DNA of 64,000 nucleotides from assembly GCA_029263175.1 (NCBI GenBank), contig JAJCXZ010000106.1:5214-69213 (forward strand), written 5' to 3'. This stretch comes from Acidimicrobiales bacterium. GTDB taxonomy: Bacteria > Actinomycetota > Acidimicrobiia > Acidimicrobiales > Aldehydirespiratoraceae. Below are positions 18,602-27,524 of the stretch, piece after piece. Position numbers and translations under genes: made by a program. Each line of letters starts with the position of its first letter. Position 1 is the stretch's first letter. The notes under the pieces were generated by a model. That model did not search any database and had not been told where the DNA came from. It was given only the letters and a program-made list of their open reading frames with translations.

Positions 18602-21357
18602 CCTACCCGAACCGATCCGCGATCCTCGAACGAGTAGGCGAATGGGCTGAGCCCGTCGACCGCGCCATCGCTTCCGGTGTGCACCAAAGAGTCGCTGACC
18701 TCGGTGAGTGGTCCTCGTATGAGTGGCAAGCAAGCCTCCAGGAGCTGCTCAAGCTGAGTCAGGGCGAAGACGCCAACTACGACAGGCCCACGATCGGTCC
18801 CTCGTATGCGCTGTGGTACCACGCACGTCGAGTCAACCCGCTGGTATCGCAGCTGGAACGGATCTTTCGCCTCGTCCGCGACCGGGGAATCGCCGAGTTC
18901 GACATCGTCGATCTTGGTGCTGGAACGGGAGCCGTGGCATGGGCAGCGGCGCTCGTTGCTGCCGCCGTTTCCGAGCAGGATGAGCCGCCCCACGCAACGG
19001 TCCACGAGGTCGAGAGCAGTCCGTTCATGTCGGAGACCGCCGACTGCCTATGGGCTGCCCTCCATGAGGAGATCGATTCCTTCGGGACGGTCACGCGGGA
19101 AGTGGTCTCTCACTCGTGGCCAAATGCGACCCTCGATCGAGGCAACCCGACGTGGCTCCTGGCGAGCTTTCTGCTCGATCACACCGACAAGCAACGAGAG
19201 GAGGAGATGGCCAAAGCCCTCCATCGCGTAGTGGACAACTGCCAGGCAGAAGGTGTGGTCTTCACCGTCGTCAGTAACAAGAAGAAGGTCGCAGTCTCAG
19301 CGATCGATTCGCTGGAAGCGACCCACGCGTGGGAAGGCCTCACCCGCCGGGCGACACCCCTTTGGACGGGCAAGATGCCCCACGCGACTGAGGTCCGCCG
19401 GGAGCTGTACCGATCGTTCGGTGTCAGCAGCAACCTGGTGAAGAAGGCGGTGGAATTCAGCGGCGACAAGCCACACGTTCGAGAAGCTCGTCGACCGATC
19501 GGCCAGCAAGGCACGCTGGTCGATGAGCGGCCGTGGGTTCACCTCACCGATGAACAACAACTCGCGGTCGACGCGCCCCTCGATCGTCATTTGTTCGTCG
19601 CCGGTGCGGCCGGAAGCGGGAAGAGCATCGTGCTCATCGAGCGCCTCATGCGCCTCATCAAACGCCCGAGGCCCGGGGCTTCTCGTTCGATCCTTGTCAC
19701 GAGTTTCAACAAGGGCATGATCACTCAGCTCGACCGCTGGTTGACAGATCGTCTCGCAAATGACGGCATAGCCAACTACACGCGGACCGGTGGCGATGCC
19801 GACATCACCTACAAGGACGTCGGCACCGGACGGGACACGGTTCGGTTCCTCAACTGGGACAAGGCCCCGACCAAACTGTTCGGCTACAAGGAATCGGCGA
19901 AGAGCGACTCTGCCTGGCTCAAGGAGGCCGCCACCGTCCTGGAGGAGCTGCGGCGCTCATCTGAGGTCTCGATTCTCGATCGGATGACGCCAGCGTTCCT
20001 CCTCGCCGAGTATCGACGTGTCATCTACGGACTTGGCGCGATCCGTTGGGAGGACTACCGCACCGTCGTTCGGGAGGGGCGTGGCCTGCCGCTTCAGGAA
20101 CCGCATCGCCGAGCGGTTTGGCTCGCATACGAGAAGCTCGGACCGACGAACTTCACCGGCCGTCGGGTCGAGATGCTCCGTGCGGGTCGCAGCGACAAGC
20201 TCGACGCCGATTTCACCGACGTCTTTATCGACGAGGTGCAGGACTTCGCGCCGGCCGATGTCGAGAGTGCCCTCGCATTCTGGGATCGATCCGGGACTGT
20301 CTTCTATACCGGCGACGAGGCACAGGCGCTGTTCGTCGGGATGTCGTATCGTCGCCCATCGCACCCGACTGGGCGGTGGGGAAGTGCTTCAGTCGTACGC
20401 CTGAACGGCTCCCACCGTTTGCCCGTGCCGATCGCTCGAGCGGTCGGAAACCTCGCCGAGGCAGCGATCGCCGAGCGGGAAGCCAACAACCTGTCGGCTG
20501 AAGACGTCTCCGTTCCGTCATCACGAAAGGCGGCAGTAATCGGGACACGGCCGATCGTGGTTCTCGGCAGCACCAATGAGCTCGCCGTCCAGATCGAGGA
20601 CATCCGCGCGGCATACAGCGGATTCCTCGACGCGGAAGCTGGCTCGCGCTACATCACGATTGCCGAACCCGATCCCTTGTTGGCGAAGCTGCTCGATGAC
20701 GCCGTCAGCACAACGGTGAAGAAGATCAAGGGGCTCGAACGCGGGATGGTCGTCTGGTCCGGTGCCGGCCGACTTGATCACGAAACCGAGCGGCTCGAAA
20801 CGGCCTACACCGTCATGACCCGGACGTCATGTCTGCTCGTGCTTGCCATCGACTCGGACCGCCTGCTTGCCCCGAACCTCGACGTGTTGTCCAAGCTCGA
20901 CGGCACTGACCTTCTCTTCTGGACAGAGAAGGCGGAGGCGTGGTGGTGGGACCATTTCCGGCCATCGACTCCTCCAAGACCAGCTGATGACGGGGGCCCC
21001 GCAAAGCCGGACAAGCCAAAGCCAGTCGGGGCGATTGGGACACCAAGGAAGCAACCAGCTCCCGCTCACCTAGTCGATACGAGCTGGGGGGAGGGCGCTC
21101 CTTGCGAACTCCACGAACTGGGCTGGTGCACACTCTGCAAGCCTCGACAGCTTCCCAGGACCGTCGTGATGACCAAGGGAAGCGGTGCTGCCTTCCATGC
21201 GCGAGCCGACTGTCCGGCTCTCCAGTCGGGTCAGCGACTCGTCGCTAGCCGAGGCGGCGATCCAGCGGAAGTCGTGAAGGTTGCGCTCGCATCCGCGATC
21301 AACAACGGGAACTTCCCGTGCATGGTCTGTCTGCCGCACGCAGAAGGGCGGCTCTAG
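18598..21357 (+). CDS. Fusion protein: class I SAM-methyltransferase-like N-domain + SF1 UvrD-like helicase + C-terminal Cys/His zinc-binding tail
   Basis: ATG 18598 overlaps the radical SAM stop (ATGA). MTase motif I is FDIVDLGAGTGAVAW, followed by VHEVESS. Helicase motifs: FVAGAAGSGKSIVLIE, VFIDEVQDFAP, YTGDEAQALF, LNGSHRLP, KIKGLERGMVVW, YTVMTRTSCLLVLA. Tail: CELHELGWCTLC...AFHARADCPAL...FPCMVCLPH. The ORF-track start at 17980 is an Arg-rich extension over the previous gene. Confidence 0.8.
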   Translation: MTYPNRSAILERVGEWAEPVDRAIASGVHQRVADLGEWSSYEWQASLQELLKLSQGEDANYDRPTIGPSYALWYHARRVNPLVSQLERIFRLVRDRGIAEFDIVDLGAGTGAVAWAAALVAAAVSEQDEPPHATVHEVESSPFMSETADCLWAALHEEIDSFGTVTREVVSHSWPNATLDRGNPTWLLASFLLDHTDKQREEEMAKALHRVVDNCQAEGVVFTVVSNKKKVAVSAIDSLEATHAWEGLTRRATPLWTGKMPHATEVRRELYRSFGVSSNLVKKAVEFSGDKPHVREARRPIGQQGTLVDERPWVHLTDEQQLAVDAPLDRHLFVAGAAGSGKSIVLIERLMRLIKRPRPGASRSILVTSFNKGMITQLDRWLTDRLANDGIANYTRTGGDADITYKDVGTGRDTVRFLNWDKAPTKLFGYKESAKSDSAWLKEAATVLEELRRSSEVSILDRMTPAFLLAEYRRVIYGLGAIRWEDYRTVVREGRGLPLQEPHRRAVWLAYEKLGPTNFTGRRVEMLRAGRSDKLDADFTDVFIDEVQDFAPADVESALAFWDRSGTVFYTGDEAQALFVGMSYRRPSHPTGRWGSASVVRLNGSHRLPVPIARAVGNLAEAAIAEREANNLSAEDVSVPSSRKAAVIGTRPIVVLGSTNELAVQIEDIRAAYSGFLDAEAGSRYITIAEPDPLLAKLLDDAVSTTVKKIKGLERGMVVWSGAGRLDHETERLETAYTVMTRTSCLLVLAIDSDRLLAPNLDVLSKLDGTDLLFWTEKAEAWWWDHFRPSTPPRPADDGGPAKPDKPKPVGAIGTPRKQPAPAHLVDTSWGEGAPCELHELGWCTLCKPRQLPRTVVMTKGSGAAFHARADCPALQSGQRLVASRGGDPAEVVKVALASAINNGNFPCMVCLPHAEGRL

Positions 21358-21476
21358 CGGGCTCGACTCGCAGCCACGCTCCCCCAAGTATCGCGCCAGG
21401 TTCTGCGACGGTTGATCACGCCCGGTGAGCACCCAGGATGGTCTGTAAGGTCGGGCGCAGATCGAGAGGCGACCTC

Positions 21477-22346
21477 ATGAACGACCAACCCGAACTCGGT
21501 GCTCTCAGCCCCGTGAATCTGCGGACGATCTGGGCCAACGAGGCGACGGACTTCACACCCTGGTTGGCAGGGAACCTCGAACTCCTGGCGGAAGCTCTCG
21601 GGATCGGAGGTCTCACGCTTCTGGAACAGGAGCATCGCGTCGGATCATTCTGCCTCGATCTGCTCGCGCAACTCGACGACGGTCGGATCGTCGCGATCGA
21701 GAACCAACTCGAGCGCTCCGATCACACCCATCTTGGCCAGTGCTTGACGTACGCGGCCGGTGTCGGCGCCTATGCGATCGTGTGGGTTCTGCCGGCTCTG
21801 GCGAGCGAGCATCGCGCCGCGCTGGACTGGCTCAACGAACACACTGACGGCGAGGTTCACTTCTTCGGAGTCGAGATAGCCGTCGTGCAGATCGGCGCTT
21901 CGCTGCCTGCGCCGGTCTTCAACATCGTCTCGCGGCCAAACGACTGGCAGAAGTCCGTGCGCACGCGGAACTCCACGGCATTCCGAGACTGGTCACGTGG
22001 CTACAAGGCGCTCGGCTCACTCCGCGATGCCGAATGGACGAGCATTCACGCCCTCGCAGAGCTACTCGGTACCTCGCCCGGTTGGGTGGGCCGCCACTTC
22101 TACAACCGCCGCCACGACCCAGAGACCATCCGGATGTTCATGGATGACGGGTCGATCTGGAAATGGATGCGGCACGACGCGGACTCGCCACCGAGCGCGG
22201 GGCAACTTCGCGACGAACTCGCCAACCTTGGCATCGTGCTCGATGACAACGACCGCGCCGATCCTTCTGACTTCATGGACTCCAGCGCGCTGGCGGCCCG
22301 GCTCGCCTCCGAGGAGTTGCCTCCCGCCCAGACAGGGGTTGAGTAG
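21477..22346 (+). CDS. PD-(D/E)XK nuclease-fold protein (DUF4268-type)
   Basis: Starts MNDQPEL, preceded by GAGAGG. Core: HRVGSFCLDLLAQLDDGRIVAIENQLERSDHTHLGQCLTYAAG (D...E-x-Q). Confidence 0.6.
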   Translation: MNDQPELGALSPVNLRTIWANEATDFTPWLAGNLELLAEALGIGGLTLLEQEHRVGSFCLDLLAQLDDGRIVAIENQLERSDHTHLGQCLTYAAGVGAYAIVWVLPALASEHRAALDWLNEHTDGEVHFFGVEIAVVQIGASLPAPVFNIVSRPNDWQKSVRTRNSTAFRDWSRGYKALGSLRDAEWTSIHALAELLGTSPGWVGRHFYNRRHDPETIRMFMDDGSIWKWMRHDADSPPSAGQLRDELANLGIVLDDNDRADPSDFMDSSALAARLASEELPPAQTGVE

Positions 22347-22485
22347 GCCTCGTTCGCCCTGCCGAGGGTGAGCCGCGACTATCGACGAGAAGCGGGTCAA
22401 CGCGGACGAGATCGCGACGATTCGCTGATCTCCGCTCGAACGTATGATGAACCGCTCCGGGGAGTGGTCCACGATCGAGATCGCC

Positions 22486-22815
22486 TCAGCGGATGTGGGC
22501 CGGTTGCTGCTGGCGGACGACCGGGGCGGTCGTCGGAATGATGTTGTCGGCCGGCGTTTCGGTGCGCAGACCGGCGGAACCGGTGACCAGCGCCTGGTCC
22601 CGCTGACGTCGCGCCTCAGCGATCAGCATCCCGATCCGTTTCGTGCCGGTGGCGGGGAACTCCGGCGTCGGCAGCTCCGCGATCTGGCGGGCGTTTCGCT
22701 GCCGGGTGATCTCATGGGTCTCCCAGTCATAGCGGCCTCGGCTGAACAAGGCCTTGCGCATCTGACGGTCCATCCCGAGAGTCCTTTCGTCACCCTGCCA
22801 TGGGGTACAACGCAC
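22486..22815 (-). CDS. Hypothetical protein (possible start at 22773, MDRQMRK)
   Basis: ORF with mixed composition (MRKALFSRGRYDWETHEITRQRNARQIAELP). No recognisable domain. Confidence 0.25.
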   Translation of the reverse strand: MRCTPWQGDERTLGMDRQMRKALFSRGRYDWETHEITRQRNARQIAELPTPEFPATGTKRIGMLIAEARRQRDQALVTGSAGLRTETPADNIIPTTAPVVRQQQPAHIR

Positions 22816-22854
22816 CAGGTCGCCCAGAGTCGCGCCGAAGACTGAATCGGTTTG

Positions 22855-23046
22855 CTACTCGGGGATCTCGACGATGCCACCGCGCCGTTTGATGTCGGCG
22901 ATCTCCGATGTGAGCCGGTCCCAGACTTCTTGGTGATCGGGCGTCATCTCGATGCGCGAGTTCTCGGGCTTGACCCCGAGTGTGATCTCCCGGGCCATCG
23001 TCGCCACATCGTCAGCGGGCACCTTCTGCTTTGGCATCTCGTTCAT
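22855..23046 (-). CDS. Hypothetical small protein (63 aa)
   Basis: MNEMPKQKVPADDVATMAREITLGVKPENSRIEMTPDHQEVWDRLTSEIADIKRRGGIVEIPE, with GAAGG upstream. The longer ORF-track version (to 23373) is Ser/Arg-rich and runs antisense to the sigma-like gene. Confidence 0.35.
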   Translation of the reverse strand: MNEMPKQKVPADDVATMAREITLGVKPENSRIEMTPDHQEVWDRLTSEIADIKRRGGIVEIPE

Positions 23047-23173
23047 CCTTCGTCGCCCGTGGCTGAGTACAGCCTCGTCGTGACGGCCACTCCCGAGACT
23101 GTCACACCCCCTTGTCATAGTGGTCGTGCGGACATCGGCGGATGTCACGCACTTCCCCGACAAAGGAGATGAG

Positions 23174-23869
23174 ATGACCACTGACGACCCTCTTGAACAG
23201 CTGATGGCTGGCATGGCTGCCGGCGACCTCGCGTGCCTGTGGGCGTTCGTTGACGAATACGGCCCCATTGTGCGCACCGTCGTGCGGCGGATCGTCGAGC
23301 GGACCGGGCGTCTCGACATCGCCCGCAACCCCGACGAGCTCGAGGCACTGATGCTCGACGCATGCGACGTCATCTACGGGCGTGCCTCCGGTTGGAAGCC
23401 GGGCGGAGCGAAGCCGTGGAACTGGGCGTTCGCCGCGATCAACGCTCGCGTCGGCCTGGCGATCGGCCACCGCACAGTCGAGTTCGACGATCTCAGCAGC
23501 GATGAGGACCTCGAATGCGAGGCCGGCCCCTACGGCGGTGCCGTGGTGGCCGACCTGGCAGGCGACGACTTGTCCGTGCTCATCAGCCGCCACGACCGAG
23601 TGAGGTTGCTCGACGAGGCGATCCGCTCCGTTGGCACCGAAGAGCAACAGGACATCTACTGGGAGTATCGGCTACAGCAGGGGTTCGGCGACCCATCACC
23701 GGCCGACACCGTCGGTCTGCGATTCGGCCGCAAGCCGGCCACGGTCCGCCAGATCTGCAAGCGCCACGGAGCCAAGGTCTGGCAGCTGGTCCAGACCGAT
23801 GATCGGTTCATCGAACTACGTGACCACGGCTGGTTCCAGCCAAACGGCGACGACAGGAGGGTCGCATGA
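23174..23869 (+). CDS. Sigma-70/ECF-like RNA polymerase sigma factor
   Basis: RBS AAGGAGA sits before ATG 23174. Region-2-like segment: FVDEYGPIVRTVVRRIV..DELEALMLDACDVIY..WNWAFAAINARV. Region-4-like HTH: EEQQDIYWEYRLQQG..ADTVGLRFGRKPATVRQICKRHG. Confidence 0.55.
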   Translation: MTTDDPLEQLMAGMAAGDLACLWAFVDEYGPIVRTVVRRIVERTGRLDIARNPDELEALMLDACDVIYGRASGWKPGGAKPWNWAFAAINARVGLAIGHRTVEFDDLSSDEDLECEAGPYGGAVVADLAGDDLSVLISRHDRVRLLDEAIRSVGTEEQQDIYWEYRLQQGFGDPSPADTVGLRFGRKPATVRQICKRHGAKVWQLVQTDDRFIELRDHGWFQPNGDDRRVA

Positions 23870-24180
23870 CGGCCGTCGACCGCACCGCTCTGACCGAGCA
23901 CCTCGCTCGTCGTCTCAGAGCCGATGGTGCACTGCACCCAGTCGCCGGCGCAGTGGCAATCGCGGCCCGGGGGTCGAGACGGCTCGCAATCGCAGACTTC
24001 GCTGCCAACCTCGATCTGCCAGTCGAGCAGGTCACCGCAGCAGAAGCCGGTCAGACCAAGTTCGCTGCGATCCCCGCCCCCGTTGGGGCCATAGCCGCAT
24101 CCACAGGAATCGACCTGCTGTCGCTGGCCGACCTAGAACGGCGCTGGCGAGCGGCTGGCGAATCCGCCGCTGCGAACTAA
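23866..24180 (+). CDS. Hypothetical protein coupled to the sigma-like gene
   Basis: ATGA overlap with the previous gene, with AGGAGG RBS. 104 aa, Ala-rich, no recognised domain. Confidence 0.4.
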   Translation: MTAVDRTALTEHLARRLRADGALHPVAGAVAIAARGSRRLAIADFAANLDLPVEQVTAAEAGQTKFAAIPAPVGAIAASTGIDLLSLADLERRWRAAGESAAAN

Positions 24181-24241
24181 AACCCGCACCACATACGAGG
24201 TGAGCTTGCCTCGATTGCGGTTGCCTCTCGCAGCTCTGCTG

Positions 24242-24928
24242 TCAGGTCATCTGTTGAGCCACGACTGCTCTGCGAAGCAGTCGGTCAGCGCGCAATCCGC
24301 GGACCGCATTCAGGTAGCTCATCAGAGACCACAGCATGGGAGCGAGCGAGAGTGCAACCCACCACCCATGGGCCGAAGTGGCGGCCATAAATACGGCGGC
24401 AGTTAGCAAGCCAAAGGCAGTCATCCGTGCCTCTCGTTCGTAGGAGAGACGGCTAGCGGCCAATTGGTCTCGGACCATGGGATCAGTAGCGGCGACCGTC
24501 TCCGGCAGGAGCTTGTCTTCCTTGATCATTGCGAGCAGATCGACCTTCGCGCCGCGCACCTCCCTACCCAGAGGCCCGACATTGATCCGCTCCGTGAAAG
24601 GAAGGACTGAGAAGTTGCCTGTCGTTATCGAGAACATGATCGCCGTGATGCGGCGAAGCAGTACAGCTGCGATCACCAGTGAAACAAACCAGATGATCAT
24701 GCTTCCGGTAGTGGCCGCCTGAGCAGTCTCAAGAAGCCTGGCGGCCGAGGGAACCTCCGAAGGCGCTCCGCTCATCAGGAGAAGCGTAGAGGCGAAGGTG
24801 GCGATGCCCAAAGGGAGGAGTTCGAGATGGACAAAATCGTCTGAGAACTCGAGGAGGTAGTCCGTTGCTGGGCGAATCGCCCCTTGTGGCGAACTTGGAG
24901 TCGCCCCTTCTGAGGGGGTTGATGACAT
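24242..24928 (-). CDS. Integral membrane protein, unknown function
   Basis: ATG at 24928 preceded by GGAGGA. Several hydrophobic helices (LLPLGIATFASTLLLM, MIIWFVSLVIAAVLL, FGLLTAAVFMAATSA, WWVALSLAPMLW). The ORF-track N-terminal extension is Gly/Arg-rich. Confidence 0.5.
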   Translation of the reverse strand: MSSTPSEGATPSSPQGAIRPATDYLLEFSDDFVHLELLPLGIATFASTLLLMSGAPSEVPSAARLLETAQAATTGSMIIWFVSLVIAAVLLRRITAIMFSITTGNFSVLPFTERINVGPLGREVRGAKVDLLAMIKEDKLLPETVAATDPMVRDQLAASRLSYEREARMTAFGLLTAAVFMAATSAHGWWVALSLAPMLWSLMSYLNAVRGLRADRLLRRAVVAQQMT

Positions 24929-24993
24929 GCGGGTCCTCCGGCGACGAGTGGGCCTTTTGGCCCAATCGGCACGGAACGGACCGCCATGAGGTA

Positions 24994-25242
24994 CTACAGG
25001 TAGCCACCACCGTCCGTGGCCTCGACTGCCGCAGCTGTCTCGGACTCCGCCGCCACCTTCCGCTTTGCCGCCTCTGCTTTGGCCTCCTCCACTTCCTTGA
25101 GTTCGGCCTTCGAGAGGGGGAGCCCATCTGGCTCTGACTCGCTGCCGTAGCCCGTATGCGATCGGATCTCCCCACCCATGGCTGCGAGCCATGCGAGAGG
25201 GAGGAAAAGGACGCCAAAGCTGCGCCTCTCATGCTCCTTCAT
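24994..25242 (-). CDS. Small membrane-anchored protein (82 aa)
   Basis: ATG 25242 preceded by GGAGGTG. N-terminal TM FGVLFLPLAWLAAMGG, then an acidic/Ala-rich tail. Confidence 0.4.
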   Translation of the reverse strand: MKEHERRSFGVLFLPLAWLAAMGGEIRSHTGYGSESEPDGLPLSKAELKEVEEAKAEAAKRKVAAESETAAAVEATDGGGYL

Positions 25243-25488
25243 TGTCACCTCCGGTTGGAACCTAGAGATCATTGCATGGCATGGCCGCGGTTCACCAGAT
25301 TGTCGCGAGGAGTGAGCTGCCATCCAACAAGGTGGGACTTCGGCCGAGTTGACAGCTGACGATTCAGCATCGATGGCATTCTTCCGCCACCCAATAGTCG
25401 CACTCTCGACCCGATCTGTCGGCAGCCGTGAGCTGAATATCCAGGGGATGTCCTGGCCCCGGAGCGGGTTCGCAGCCACTGCTCAACC

Positions 25489-25515
25489 GACTCGTTCTTC
25501 GTCGGAGAAGAAGTC
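25489..25515 (+). repeat. Intergenic core repeat, copy a
   Basis: gaCTCGTTCTTcgtcgGAGAAgaaGTCg, between the vapC 3' end and the 24994-25242 gene. Confidence 0.7.
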
Positions 25516-25593
25516 GCATCGCCCGAGGGGCTCGTGAGGTCGATCTATCTTCGGCGCCCCTTGGCGGCGTGTGCCGTGTGAGTACGTTCGCTG

Positions 25594-26019
25594 TCAGTAG
25601 ATGAGCAGCTCGGTGGGGCATACAACAGCTGAGCTGTTGGCCAGCCTTGCGTCGGCGGTCGCGAGGACGCACTGACCGCCGTATTCGGCTTGCAGGCGTT
25701 CTGTTAGGGCAACGTATGCCGCGTCGTAGGGCGTGAGGTTGTTGTGGAGCTCCCAGATCCTGACGAGCATCGGATGTGTGACGGACTCGCGAACGACCGG
25801 AAGAGCTGAAAGTGATCTGTGCATGTGTTCGGCCCAGTCAGCGGACGCCTCGTTCCTCAGAACCAGGCCGCGGATCGCTGAGCTCACCTCAAGCACAGTG
25901 AGCCCGTGGACAATGTGAGCGTCGTCGCCGTCAAGAAGATCCAGGAGCCATCGTCGTGCCGCTGTCCCTTCTGGCCTGACGCACTCCGCAAGGACTGAGG
26001 CGTCTAGAACGACCCGCAC
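25594..26019 (-). CDS. vapC: PIN-domain toxin (VapC family)
   Basis: GTG start. VVLDASVL.., LTVLEVSSAI, LTPYDAAYVALTERL and VLATADARL supply the conserved acidic PIN residues. Confidence 0.85.
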   Translation of the reverse strand: MRVVLDASVLAECVRPEGTAARRWLLDLLDGDDAHIVHGLTVLEVSSAIRGLVLRNEASADWAEHMHRSLSALPVVRESVTHPMLVRIWELHNNLTPYDAAYVALTERLQAEYGGQCVLATADARLANSSAVVCPTELLIY

Positions 26020-26022
26020 GAA

Positions 26023-26175
26023 CTAATGATTCGCTTCGCGGTCCGCGCGAATCAGCTCTACGATGCGCTCGAGCGTGACGTCCGCGTCCGAGACTTCATT
26101 CGCATCCTGATCCAACTTCGCGAAGGCAAGCTCAAGATCAGATGGCTCACGCTTCGCAGTTGACGCATCTGTCAT
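26023..26175 (-). CDS. Putative VapB-type antitoxin (50 aa, below the ORF-track cutoff)
   Basis: My translation: MTDASTAKREPSDLELAFAKLDQDANEVSDADVTLERIVELIRADREANH. The stop lies 3 nt before the vapC GTG. Confidence 0.6.
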   Translation of the reverse strand: MTDASTAKREPSDLELAFAKLDQDANEVSDADVTLERIVELIRADREANH

Positions 26176-26305
26176 CGAGAGGCTCCCAGACCTTCAGCCG
26201 CACCGTCGGAATTCCAACGATGTAATTCAACAGCACCTGACGGCCGAGCGCAACAGCTGCGTAAAGCGGGCGCAGGGTGATCGAGGTCGATCGCGACGGC
26301 CTATG

Positions 26306-26395
26306 GACTCGTTCTTAGGTCGAGAACCGGTCCCGGGCCGCGAGGCTAGATCGACTGGCACCCTGGGTGTCATAGGTGACTGTTACGGTGGCGCA
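26306..26395 (+). repeat. Intergenic core repeat, copy b (extends to the start codon of the 26396 gene)
   Basis: gaCTCGTTCTTaggtcGAGAAccgGTCc ... gtgtcataggtgactgttacggtggcgcaATG. Confidence 0.7.
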
Positions 26396-26584
26396 ATGGA
26401 GCAGTTGCCGAAGCTCAGCGCCGCCGAGTTGGAGCGGATGACCCCCGACGAACGCGCTCGAGCTATCCGTGAACGACAGCTCCAATCGCTGGATCAGCTC
26501 GCCCCGGAGTTTCGGGCTCGGGTTGAGAAGACCGCCCGCAAACTACTGGAGGAGCGGGGACTGCTCGATGTCGAGCAGACGTAG
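26396..26584 (+). CDS. Small helical protein, putative antitoxin-like partner
   Basis: MEQLPKLSAAELERMTPDERARAIRERQL.. The gene is followed 3 nt later by the next gene. Confidence 0.4.
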   Translation: MEQLPKLSAAELERMTPDERARAIRERQLQSLDQLAPEFRARVEKTARKLLEERGLLDVEQT

Positions 26585-26587
26585 CTG

Positions 26588-26896
26588 GTGAGCCCGGCGG
26601 GGCGACGCAGAGCGATCCGCGTGTCGCAGACGTTCTTCGAGATGCTCGATCTCCAGTTCGGGCCGGATCGGGGGCCCAACGGCGAACCCTCTGCGACGGA
26701 TTTCCTGGTCATCGACCTTCCCGAGATCGTCGACGCATTCGCGCTCGGGTTCGACGAGTTACCCGAAGTCATCGAAGGCCTCAGATCGGCGCGGGTCTAC
26801 ATCGGCGCAGGCGCCCTCGTCTCGGGCGTAGCCGTCTATGGCGTGGAAGTAGCCGACGGTGTGGTCGAACTGATCGGCGTCGAGATCGACCCGTAG
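26588..26896 (+). CDS. Hypothetical protein, possibly RelE/ParE-like
   Basis: GTG start 3 nt after the previous stop. IRVSQTFFEMLDLQF ... RVYIGAGALVSGVAVYGVEVADGVVELIGVEID loosely fits a ParE-type beta-sheet tail. Confidence 0.35.
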   Translation: MSPAGRRRAIRVSQTFFEMLDLQFGPDRGPNGEPSATDFLVIDLPEIVDAFALGFDELPEVIEGLRSARVYIGAGALVSGVAVYGVEVADGVVELIGVEIDP

Positions 26897-26902
26897 TCAC
26901 CT

Positions 26903-26976
26903 ACTCGGTCCTTCGCAGGGAAGCAGTCCGGCCTTGGTTGTGTCCCCATGTTCTGGTGGTGCAAGGATGACCAGCG
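26903..26976 (+). repeat. Intergenic core repeat, copy c (long form)
   Basis: taCTCGGTCCTtcgcaGGGAAgcaGTCCggccttggttgtgtccccatgttctggtggtgcaaggatgaccagcg. About 80 percent identical by eye to copy f over about 75 nt. Confidence 0.75.
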
Positions 26977-26999
26977 TTGTCGCTCAGTTGCGAGCGAGC

Positions 27000-27524
27000 T
27001 CAGGTGTCGTTCTTCCGTTCGAAGTAGAGGTCGAGGTGCGCGAGGTCCTTCGCTCGACCCGACGCCTGTTTGAGGGCCTCCCAGGTGGCCGTTGAGATAA
27101 CGAGCACCGGTTGTCCGTCAATCGAGAGTTCGACGGAGTTGTCGACGAGATCGTCGTAGCCGCCGCTAGCACCGTCGGGAGCGAAGACGAGGTCGAGTGG
27201 GCCGTGGATCGTCATGAGATGGAGCGTGTCGTACTGCGCCCAGTTCTCGATCGGGTGACGAGAGAAGAACGTGCCACCCTCGTCGGCGGTGTACAGGCCG
27301 GCCTCCAGTTCGTCGAACGCGGCGGCGAGTCGCTCAAGGTTCTCGTGATCTCGCGCCGGCGTCAGGTCGATGCCGACAGTTGCCGGGATCGGCAGGTCGT
27401 GGATCTGAGCGGCGATTCCACCGATGACGACATATCGAACGGCGTGTCGGTTGAGGACCGCGACGATCGCTCCCGGATCGAGTTCAGCCACGTTCGGAGT
27501 GGCCTGCCACTCGCCGTCGTTCAT
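27000..27524 (-). CDS. Nucleotidyltransferase-fold protein (TA-like partner of the XRE regulator)
   Basis: ATG 27524 with AAGGAAA RBS. Motif: RYVVIGGIAAQIHDLPIPATVGIDLTP. Confidence 0.55.
   Translation of the reverse strand: MNDGEWQATPNVAELDPGAIVAVLNRHAVRYVVIGGIAAQIHDLPIPATVGIDLTPARDHENLERLAAAFDELEAGLYTADEGGTFFSRHPIENWAQYDTLHLMTIHGPLDLVFAPDGASGGYDDLVDNSVELSIDGQPVLVISTATWEALKQASGRAKDLAHLDLYFERKNDT

Noticed and set aside
24929-25192. N-terminal extension of the 24242 membrane-protein ORF. The 25243-25479 extension of the small upstream ORF is a similar case.
   Set aside because: Both have Gly/Arg-rich low-complexity translation. Internal ATGs with strong GGAGG-type RBS give sensible proteins.
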